A stretch of 64,000 nucleotides of DNA from contig CM022670.1 in assembly GCA_012295275.1 (NCBI GenBank), positions 36,022,001 to 36,086,000 of the forward strand. The letters are read 5' to 3'. This stretch comes from Chrysomallon squamiferum (taxonomy: Eukaryota; Animalia; Mollusca). Made by a program: the position numbers and the translations under genes. A model generated the notes under the pieces. The model ran no database searches. It saw nothing but the letters and a program-made list of their open reading frames with translations, and had not been told where the DNA came from. Positions 11,461-23,900 of this stretch are shown piece by piece. The number at the start of each line of letters is the position of its first letter. Within the stretch, counting starts at the first letter, position 1.

Positions 11461-14400
11461 CCTAAGATATAAATCCAAGGTCACTAATATCAATAAATGT
11501 GTAAAAATACTAATAAGTAAAATATGTTTAATACTTATAAAATCAGTACATCACATTTTAGCATTCAGTTTTTATCTGCTTTGAATAGCATGAATATATC
11601 TTATAGCTAACTAGATATGACTATATAAAACAATAGAGGGTATTGGCTGCATGGAGCATTAATTAAATCTGTCACATTAAATAATCATATCAATATACAT
11701 GTTCTTAGTAAGCATTACTATGCGGTTAATGTCATTCAGTATGCATTGCAGTCTTATGTTTAGCCTAAATATATTCCTTAAATTGTGCAGTTTTTACTCT
11801 TATCTGGTAAATCTATTTTCCTGTGATTTCTAATCTAGTTTAATGAATAAATTCATTTTCTGGAAATATAAAGGAGGAGATAATATTAATTTTATTATCT
11901 CCAGCAAAATGTAGGTAAAGTTGCTGACATAGGTAAATAAAACAAATATGTTGATGTTATAGATTTACAAAAATAGATTTTGGCAGGGGACCTTAATTCA
12001 CTAAATTATATTATATCACCAATTCTAATGGCCAACAAGCTTATAACTTTCCTAATAGCAGGGTTTAGAATTTCAATTTATAGCATGATTACCTTTGTTA
12101 TTTTGGTTCTTTCACCTTCCATGATAGTACTTAGCTTAATTCTGAGATTATTTAAGTGAAATAATTCTTTTGAAAACAAGAATGGACTTTCATTAAGCTT
12201 GTTGTTAAACAATAAAAAAAAAAAAAAGAGAATAATACACTGCCAGTTTCTGTTGCCAGAAAAGTTTTATTATATTTTAATTAAAATAAGAGGATATCAT
12301 TTAGATGGCAATTCATTTTATAATTAACAATTCATCTAAGGAGAGGGTGCATTAAAGAGGAGCCAAATGGCTGGAATTGTTCCAGTGGCATACCCCAAAT
12401 AATTTTTTTTGTTTTTAAATCTAGAATTAAGGAGATGCATAGTCCTGTCTTCTGGGATGTAATTGACAAGGGAAAAAATTAAATTAATGTCTATCAGAAC
12501 TGATCTGTGGAAATATTAAAAACACTAGTTACGTTGCAGAATATTACTACTGCATTTTACAACATGGGATATGCCATAACTGCAAAAACTTCATACAGTT
12601 CACAACATCAGAATATTCTTATTCTTTTTACACATCCATGGCAGGCTATGGCAGCTCATACAGACCCAAAACAAAAAGTCCAAATTCCATTCCCATTGCA
12701 TTTCTTATCTGAGAACACATTCATCAAATTTTATAAAATAAAAGCAATGTAAAAACAAAAATATTCAAACTACACCACAAAAAGCAAATGTCATTTATGT
12801 TGCATTTAATTACATTCAAATTAATTTGAAATGTTGCAGTTTATTTCTTTAAATAACCTACAAAAAAAAAAAACCTACCCAAAACCCAACAAAAAATAAA
12901 CAATATAGCCACGTAATTATTATTTCAAACATTTCATTAGCAGAGTATTAATTGTATTCATTCTGTTTTATGCAAGTATTTTTTATTTTTTGACCACTAA
13001 CACTTCCTTATGTTGACAATGCAGTTAATTATGTTTATCTTTGTGCGGACATTTTTTCCTGCCAAACACAGAACAGGTTTGAACAAGCATTTCTTACATT
13101 GTTTAACAACAAGCTTAATGAAAGTTCAATTGTATGAATATATAATATGTTATGAGTTGAGAATTAAATCATAAGTAATTGGTCATGTGTGATGAAGTAG
13201 TGTCAATAACCTTTATAATGATTCCTAAATGGTGAATCAGTCATTGTAATGCAGTGCTGAATGGAAACCTGACTACCCATTTAGTGATTTGCAAATCAGT
13301 ATGACACAGACCTTGACTGTTTAAATATATAATTATTATCTATTTATAGTTGTACTATATATTCTTTTCTACAGACAAAGCCCTCATTTATTTATCTTGT
13401 ATAAATAAAATGAACAGATAACCATGAAACAGTGTCAGTTGTTATTATTATTATTCTTTATGGTTTTTTGTTTAGAAAGAATGTAAATTTTTAGTGTTTC
13501 TGGTAATAATTAGTTTTGGTTTCCATTTAAGTTCTGTTTTAAACCCTTAAATGTTCATGTTTAAAAAAAAAAAAAAGAATGATAATAATAACAGATCAGT
13601 GCTGCAATCATATTATTATTATTATTATTATTATTATTATCTGAGAAATAATAAAAGATGCAACCCAGATATTTTAATCAGTTCTCTCTTATAATATTTA
13701 GTTAATTTACTTCAAGGATTATAAGCACTGTTGATTTTATCTGAATTTTGAAGTAATAACATACTGAATCAATTATCACAAAAGATGCATTTTTGCTTCA
13801 TTTTGCAGTAACATTCATATTAATCAAGAAGATATTGTGAGTTGTGTTGTTATGGTTACCTTGCATTAACCACACAATTGCAGATCAAAGTGCATGCATT
13901 CAGATCAATAAGAATGAACATTCCAGACATATGATAATTTGTATGTTTTATTTTAACAAAAAAAGCTTAGCCACAAGTGAAAATAATAGAGTTTAAAAAA
14001 TTCTAAGATTGAAAAGCTATTGAATATGAATGAAGATAATTTTTCTTGTAACTGTACAGTTGGGACAAAATTCAGATGCAGCCTCTGACAGTTTTATTGG
14101 GAAACACTTCTAGTTTCCTCCTCCAGATTTCATCTGGTCAATGGCAGCTATATAATGTTAAAAACATTTTTCTGATGATTTTGCAGTAGATATTGAATCT
14201 ACAAAAAAATAAAAAAATAAAAACAAATATTAATGAAAAAAATAAATTAATAATTTGATATAACAATATATATATATATAAATTGACAATACTTTTTTCT
14301 TTAAAAAAAATTAGAAACAAACACATGATGTTATTAATTTGATGTAATGACAATTTATAAATAATGTAATTTTTAAAAAAAAGAAGAAAAAAAGATCACC

Positions 14401-17400
14401 TTTCCTATGTTTGTCTATATGCTTCTGATAATACTTGTGTCAATTCAGTTCTTTCCCGCTTTACCTTCATTGTCAGTTGGCATGTCTACACTTGTTTGTT
14501 GGAATGTGGTAAAGATTGGTCCACACAATTCTTGTTACAGCTTGTTCATCATACTCGGTGGTGTTGCCTAGCTGTGCTATATGATACAGTGCTATGGAGT
14601 GGTTTATTTCTACTTCTTAAAAGGTTTCACGATTTGTATTTGAATTGTACTATGCCGTATCAGATATAATTTGTTTTAATAAAGCATTTATGTAAATACT
14701 AGAATGTTGCAGGTGTATTATACATGTAACATTTTAATACCAGTTTACATTTAAAAAAACCCAACAAAAAATAATAAATAAATCCAGGGATGAAAAGCCA
14801 CAAAAATAATAATAACAATAATAATAATAATAATAAATTCATATAATAATAATTAAAAAATACTACCTATTGCTTTATTGACATAAAATATTCTAGCATC
14901 GTAACAATTTTTTAACATAATTATTTTATTTTATGACTAGCATTCAAAAATCAAACCATGTCTAAGTGAAAAAAATTATTTTTGTGATTGTAATAAAATC
15001 AAAACTACACAATCATCAGCAATATACTGGGATCTTTTCATGCACTTGTTGTCAAGTATTACGCTTAGCGTAACAAATTTAATATGATTATATTTTACAC
15101 ATAAGTATCTGTACATTTATAAGATAAACTAAAAATCCTCTGATTGTGCAAGTTTTTCAAACATGTCTTTAAAAATTGTTATTATCCATATTTGTAGACT
15201 GGCCACACAGCAATTTGTTTATTAGTAAGGCTTATCATGAAAAATCATCAATGGTATTTATAGCACAATAGATTTCTGAGAACGTGCAGATCAATAGATT
15301 GTTCTGGGTATATTGACAGTCCCTTTAGCTCTTTGTAGTGTGACCTACTATAGTATGTTGTACTAAAGAGATAACATTGATTTGTGATTTACACATAAAA
15401 TAATTGAATGTTTTCTGTTGTCAGCACATACCAGGTCCCAGTCTGAGTGTTGTATTCAAATAAAGAATGTACAGGTTGGCAGCATGATAACATTGTGTAT
15501 GCTGTTATTTATAATTCATTCTTACTGGTATATACTCATTAAATTCATATTCAAATACTGAGATCAACAAGGAGTTAACAACAAATCTTGTCAAATACTT
15601 GTTAGTAATATTGTAATTAGCTGAGTCCTTTGAATGATGCAATTACTCAACAAACAAAATTAATAAGATTAAGATTAGGTCCATGGCTATACCACATTGT
15701 CCAGTCACTGAAGTCAAGGGCTCACTTAGTACTTGCATGGGTAACCATCTAGGAACACTCTGTAAAGTAAACTAAACAAAACAAAAAATGTGATAAATAC
15801 AAATAATGACAAAGAAATTACAGAAATTTAATATTTAATGCGATACATCTTACTTATAGTCAGCCTATATGATTTACCTGTTCAGCCATATTAGGAAGAA
15901 AAAAAAATATTAATAATGAAAACAAGACTTTTACAAGAAAAACTAGCTAAGCCAAAAGTTAACAAAAATTCTATTTTAACCTGCTTTTTATTTATTTTAT
16001 GCTGTTGTGTTTCCTCAGCAAAACATAGGGATAACAGATATATATAATACATTTTAGATTTTATGCCCTTTTGTATATTTAGCTTTTCATTCTTTTTATA
16101 ACAAAAACAAAAAAACAACATTTTCCATTCATTCTAATGGGTGAAAAACATTAACAAATATTTTAAAACAGAAATCACATGATATGTGCAAAGTTTTCAG
16201 GCTTTGAACCAATACTTTTAGAACATTAATATATAAGCAGATTTTATTTTAAGATGATTTCAATGTTAAGAATTTTAACAAATGTATCTTACTGAAAATA
16301 TCTGGGATATATCTATAGCTTACTTGAAATTGAGTTACAATTGGAAAATCATTCAATTTAGACAATTGTTCATGTATTGCTTCATTTATTTTATTTTTTA
16401 CTAGCCATCTTAAAAGGTTTTGCTTTTACATCTTAGTGTATTCTTAGCTTTGAGGTTCTAAAGTTCTCAAATATATGTTGGCTGACAGTTGAATATATAT
16501 TAATATATCATTATTGCTTACTATATTTATTATTTATGCTCATTTCAACAATGTGCTGTAACAGGAACAAACAGATTTATTTTTGTTACATTTGTTTTAT
16601 CACTGTTTTAAATTGTTGAGTTTGACATGCTAAATATTCTTCTTCATATTTGTAACTTAAGATACACTGATTAGAAACAAGTTTTTGTATTAATATATAC
16701 TTTGCCCAGTCTCTTAGGCACCACACAAATTGTGGTAATGTGCCCTTTGACATGACAGATACTCTGTTATGGACATGCTTGTTAACTTTTGATAATGTCA
16801 TCTGGATGATTTATTTAAGTTTGTGAAATACAAGAAATCTTATCCTTCCATACAGTGACCAATAAACTTAACACTGTTTGTATTTCAAATGCATATAGAC
16901 AGACAAACAGACAGAAAAAAATTTGTGCTAATCAAAGCAAGTTGTTGTGAAGTATGACTATGACAGTCACACTCTCTGACAAGCCAGAGAGTGTGTCTGT
17001 CGCAGAAAAATGCATATCTCTTAGGTGAGTCATATATACTTCTTCACAACTGACTAATACAGTGGTGTCTGAGGGACTTTCAAACATTGATTTATTATTT
17101 AAAATATATATATATATATATATATATTATTATTTTTTTTACTTATAAAAGTATTTTTGAAAAAGAAGAAACACCGTTAGCTATTAAAGTATATGGATTT
17201 GCAGTGTATTTCTAGGTTTCAAAAATTTCAACTATGTTATTTGGAAGATATATCATGGATAAAATATATTCTGGAATATCATTTTGAATGTGTTTTATTT
17301 TATTATTATTATTATTTTTTTTTTTCCTTTCTTTCTTTTTTATTTTCACCAGAGATTTCATTCTGAAAGATTATTATCAAGAAAACTGATCTGATTTTTT

Positions 17401-20161
17401 TTATTAAAAATGTTTTAGATTTTCTAATGGTCTTTTTCAAAATATTTCAGCTGAATACCTGTGATCAGAATGTGGCCAGAGGCTGTGAGATTGTTGAACT
17501 TAATGCAAAGGTTCAAGGTCAGCTCTTCAAACTGCTCAGTGTCTGTGCCTCTGAAGGTAGGTGTTTGTATATATAATCTTTATTCTTGGCAAAGTGACAC
17601 CAGCTAGAGGCATACACAGATTTTTTTGGCTTTTGCTTGCTTTCATTGTCTGAAGCTTACCACTCTGTGTAAATATATACTGATCAGAATAATTACAACT
17701 CAGAAACAAAATCTGTATAAAGTTTAACCGCTCATCATCAGATTCTCTAATGGCTAGACACTGGAGGTTTGGGGTTATCTCTAGCTTTTGGCATAAACTT
17801 CAGAAATAAAATACATTATGCAAAATCATTATGATATAACTAAGATAAATCTAGTCTGACACAGACTTGACAGTTCTCTTAGTTTTCATATTTTGAGATC
17901 TTGGATTTTAATAATATTCATAAATGAAATATTCCTCATTATTGCAGACATTATTAATCAGATCACATTCCCTCAGATAAAATGCTTTAAGTTAAATTTG
18001 TTTATATATTCAAATATTCAAATCACAAACTATTCAAAAACATTACATTATAAACAAAAAATGGGGTTAGGAATGCTTATCACAATTCCAGAACATTATC
18101 AGGTGTGCTGTTTTGTAGGTGGACTGTATGGTGGTGCCAGTATTATCAAGTCTCGACTCCTGCCATGGCTGGGACAGAACTTTTTCACTTCAGGAGGCAG
18201 TGTCACTGCTGATACAACCCTTAGTGTGCTTGCTGATGCTGCCAGCAAAGATCGAGAACTGAGTGAACTGCAGGAACTGTATGAGAAGTCACTGGATGAT
18301 CTGGAGGCAGAGCTCAACAGCACAAAGGCAGAAAACCAAGATCTCAGGGATGAGTAAGTTAAATCTTTATCTGAACTCTATGTTTGTATAGTGAATGTTG
18401 CATGTAATCAGTCATTACAGAGTGTGAAGAATAAAATATTGCTATCATAGTGTGTGTTTGTGAGTGTGTGTGTGTGTGTTTATCTAGCTTCACTAAATGT
18501 AGTTCTGTTTGCCTCTGTAAAATATGTATTTCATTACAGAATTTCAAAAATAATTAACAGCGTGTGTGCTTGGGTATTTATACTAACATTTTTGTCCATA
18601 GGCTTGCTGAAAAGAAAGTCGAACTTGACAGGAGTCTGCGCAGTTCAACAAGTGAAAAGATGTTTTCTGAAGTTGAAATTCGTGAATTAAGAAAGAAGTA
18701 AGAATTATTGTTGATGTAGTCTTACTATAATACATTTTAGGATACTTATTACATTTCATTTTAGAATTACAGAAAAAAAATTGTTTTTGATGTTGTGTTT
18801 TTAATATCCTGTAACTATTTTCAGTTTATCTTTATTATACATTAACTATCCTCATGTAATTTTGTATCCATATATATGTATTGGGGAGGGAACAAACAAG
18901 ACATGCTTTCATATCAATGGTTTTTAATATTAAAAATTAAAAAAAAACATTCTAACACTGGCATCATCAAAGAGGACAAACTAAGATTCAGTTAAAACCA
19001 TATTTCATTAATACAAAGCATAATTAAACTCTACATTTTGAAAATGGGAACAAACCAAAAGCCTTATGTTTAGATATAGTTTTTACAAACCTGGGATAGT
19101 TTATCCTCTTTGGAGATATAAGACATCATTATCAGTAGCTAGTTGTGTTTAAACCCCTCCTGTTTGTTTGTTCCTCAGACATAATAATTAATTTCATCAT
19201 TCACTCAAACTCTCCTTTCCCCATATCACCCATTGCATTTGGATGTAGTTTTTTTTATACTGTTTCACAGAGTCTGAAGTACAAGAAAACATCTTAAATA
19301 AAATGATTGTATGATAAATAAAGTTAAAATATGCTTTTGAATACATATAACCTTGGTGGATTTGCTTTCTTTTTAACCACATTGCTTTTAAACATCTTTT
19401 GCAGTTGTTTGGTATTTTTTATCTCACTTTTATTGTGTGTGTACTCTAAACAGTAATCTTTCAAAACGTAGGTCTTGTAACATACAAAATGTGGGACATT
19501 TTGTGATATTTTCTTTGTCTTGACATTCCTTAAATGTTGAACCAATTATTTAAATTTTTGTGTTGAAATATGTTTGTATCTGAGTTTTTATATTGTGTTT
19601 TTTGGGGGACTATATTATTTTGTTTTTCATTATTTATACATTTTATTTATATTTTCAATCCATCTCATTTATGTTTGACTGTTTTTATAGTTGTTTGTAT
19701 AGAGTGACAAGAGATATTTTTCAACCTATATCTTTGTTTGTGCTTTATAAAAACATGTAAATAATATGCTTTGTGTATGAAAACTGAACAACGTGTTGCT
19801 TGAGTGCCAGAAGTTGATAAAAACATCAGAAACAATTTTTTAAAAGGAAAACTGAACTTCTTCATCATGTGGTTAAAATACTGAATTTCATTTAAATACT
19901 TCTAATGAATTAGCTTTGATTTTTGTGACATACATAACAAAATGCTGGAAAATATCGAAAAACAAAGATGATTTCAGGTCACATCTCTCTGTTATGAACA
20001 TTTGGCTCTCGTGTGATGAATAATAAGTACATGTGAAAAGTTCAGTATCCATATTCGTTTTGGAGACATTTTGTTATTAAAAAGGTCTGTATATTTTTTA
20101 GCTAATTAATCAATGTATTATGACTTGATCGAAGTTAATGAAAAAACACACACACAACACA

Positions 20162-20196
<35 letters not shown>

Positions 20197-20875
20197 AAAA
20201 GAAATAATGTGCATTGTACACGATGCTAGTAATTACTGTACCTAGATAGTTTTAGAGAAAGAAGAAAAACATATTACGTTTTTGTTATCTATGATAATTA
20301 AATATACAGTAGGAGTGTGCCAAATGTCAAACATAGAGTGGGATGTGCTCGCAAAGAGATGTGAAGAAACTTTCATTTTCTATAGACTTGCAGAGATTGA
20401 AGAAGATAACAAGGCTTTGCGCTCTAAAGCTGGGCTATTAAATGACTATCAGACTGAGGTTCGACGCTTGCGAGAAGATATTGCATTGCTCACACAAAGG
20501 AGGGACATACTGCAGTGGTCTGCAGTTCGCAAAAAAGAACCTCAGTCCTTATCTTACCACAGTGATTTTGGGTAAGATTGGCATGTATCTCCACATGCTT
20601 GATTGGTTTGCTTAGCTCATTAAGTAAGGTCAGTTGAAAGTTTTATCTAAATCAGGTTGAAAAATATCTCTGTCACACTCAGATTGATTTATTTTTTTTT
20701 TTTTTATTATATTATTATTATTTTCGTTGTTTTTTTTTTAAAAAAATATTTGAATTTTATTTTGTGAAGTTCCTCTAAAGCCTTTGTTTTAAAATACTTT
20801 TTTTTATTTAAAATTTTCAATGGATCAAAAAAAATAATAATATAAATATACTAAAATAAAAAAATAAAATAGATA

Positions 20876-20908
<33 letters not shown>

Positions 20909-23900
20909 CCCTTAAAAATAATAATAATAAATAAATAAAAATTAAGTGAACATTTCAGTCAAACGTTATAAAAATTACATCTTAAAATGTTTATATTTAA
21001 TACTGATTACCGGCACAGAGTTTGGTCATACTTAGAGGAACTTGACAAATGAAATGAGTATTTAGTTTTTAAAAATGCACTTCAATATATGTTAATGACA
21101 CTGTCCTGCAGGCTTGCTGATGCCCAAGATGAAATTTGCAAGCTGAGAGCTAAAGCTGGACTTGTTGATGATTATGAGCGGAAAATCAGAAATCTCAGAG
21201 ATGAGATGACCTTCACTTCTATTAGTCCCACAGTTGCGAAATGGGACTATCTGGATGGGTAGGTGTCATGTTATACTTTATTATTAGCAAAGTTGTAATA
21301 CGAATCAACATGTGTTCTGTCTCTCCATGGTTACAGTATTCTGATAAACTATTGTAGTATGTAATTAACCAGTCAAAAATGGAATGTACATTTAAGCTAT
21401 TGCATTTTAAATATCACCTTTCTTATTTAAAAACTTAAGTGTGTTTTGCATAATTTGTTATTTGAAGCATAAACTTGTCCTTAGAAATTTTTTTTATTTA
21501 TTTATTAATTTATTGTTATTATTTGTTATTTATTTGTTATTTTTATTTTTAATATTATTATTCCTCATGTTCTTTTTTTGTTTTAGTGTGTGTGTTATGG
21601 TTGATTTTTTTTTTTTTTTTTTATATGTATCATTCAGAATTTTTAAATTATTAAACTGGTCTTTCTTTTTTTTCTTCTTTTTTTTTAGAGACTTTAATGA
21701 CACATTGAAATCTTATCGTTACACACCACGCCTGAACTCCACCCTCTCCATTGATGACCCCATACAGCGAGTACGCCAACAGAATCTGATTGCTCGCTTC
21801 AATGACATGTTTGCTCAAGACAGACTGGATGCACTTGACACTCTAAGGAGATACTCAGATGACCATGAAAATAACCAAAGAATTATTTTTGCAGCAATTT
21901 CTGTAAGAATGCTGTATCTTTTTCCATTGATAAAGATTTTTGTATGTTTAGCATTGTCTGGATATAGTTATATGTATACTTGATGATAGATTTGATTTTG
22001 AGGATATTTAGTCTAAAACAATTCTGAAAATGTCTGGTGTGTTAATTATGTCTTTAAGAGTATTTAGGGTCAAATATTACTGACAGATTTCTGATGTCTT
22101 AATTATACTACATGACATTTTGTTTTGAAGATATTTGGTCTAAAATATTCCTGACAGTTTTCTGGGTCTTAAAGATATTTGATTACAGATTATATTAAAA
22201 TCTTAATTGTGGTTTTCCTTGCGTTACTTAATCCTTTTTGATAAAATAACATTAGCTGTTCAGCTATATGCTGTTGATGACAGTATTTTCACATACTGTT
22301 CATTAATTTACTCTTTATTCAGTAGTTAAAAAAATAAATATCAAACTGCCAAAAAACTGAATGCTGCTAAACTAGTCTCATTATTTTTTTATTACAGGAA
22401 GCATTCAGTGTGGCAAAGCTTTCTTTCCGACAGTTTAAGTTGAAGGTTAGAGCAAACCTTGCCAAAACCCACTATGGTCCAGACACTTTGGAAGAAGCTG
22501 TTCAGGACTACATCAACCGCAACAACGACCTGTATGACCTGCCTGGAATGGTCTCAGTAAGTAAATTAGTGAAAGTTACGACTAGCTAGTTAAAAACTTA
22601 GACTAAAATTATGTTTCTTCAGCTGAAATGAAACACATGTTCTTTTAATTGATTTCTTATTCCCAATCACTTTTAACAATCTACAGTTTTCCACTTTAAA
22701 TAGAATATTTTCTAATTACTGGTTTATTTCAAAACAGTATTACAACAGTTGATTTATTTTATCCTATATTTTTTTTTTTTTTTTTGAGATTTATACAGTA
22801 AGAAAATATTGTAAATCTACCCATTATTATTATTATTATTATTTATCCTTATCTTTTCATTTTAAAATTTGTTTTATCAGGTTTTCACCTTTACCTTTCA
22901 TTTTAGTGTATTATAATCGTGCTTATCGTTTAACAAACACTCACTTTCTAGGATGTCATCCGTGCGATGAATCGCAACCCCAAGATCTTCCTGCCACCTG
23001 ATGCCAGCTTCGCCATTGTTCAGCCCTTCATACGAGAAGCTGTGAAGATGGCTTGGCAGATGTCGTCTCTGGCCCACCCTCTTGACATTGCTGTTGCCAC
23101 AGATGCAGAACTCTTTGATGACAACAAGTAATTGTTCATTTAAAGATACATATGTATTATAAATTGATCCGTTTAAGATCCGCCTGATCCACTAATACTT
23201 TTTTTCCAATAATATATATGTGTGTGTGTATATATATATATATTTTTTATTTTTATTTTATTTATTTTTTTGAATGTTTTATCCACCATATTGATACAAA
23301 ATGTAATCTATGAAATCTTCTGAAAATTAATGTTTTGTCTTCCAGTTATTTTTTATCATATAATATATAGGTTTTAAATAAATAAATAAATAAATATGTA
23401 TGTATTTGGTGATGGTTTTCATTTACTTATTTATTTACTTAAATATATATATATATGTGTGTATATATGTAAGTAAATAAATAAGTAAGTAAATAAAACC
23501 CACCACCAAATAAATAGCAGTATATAACAATGTGTCATTTATTCAGTTTCCGAAGACTTAAAAAGTTAACGATAATCAGTCAATCAAGATTTCTATTTTA
23601 AGATAGAACTACTTGTTTGTCTGTCTGCTTTCATTATTATTATTATTATTATTTTTAAAAACACAATATAAATCAATTTATTTGATAATTTAAATCTATT
23701 CTATGTTGCAGATATCGCCGCAGCTACGACTCTGAATACACTGCCCCCTTAGTGAACCACCACATCTGGCCATGTTTGATGCAGGGAATTCGGGTTGTTG
23801 TCAAGGGCGAAGCACTCACTCGGCGTGGAGCCTCTCTGGTAACACACTGCTATAAGAATTAATTTTTAATGATAAAATATCTTCTTTCATCTCCGCAGGT

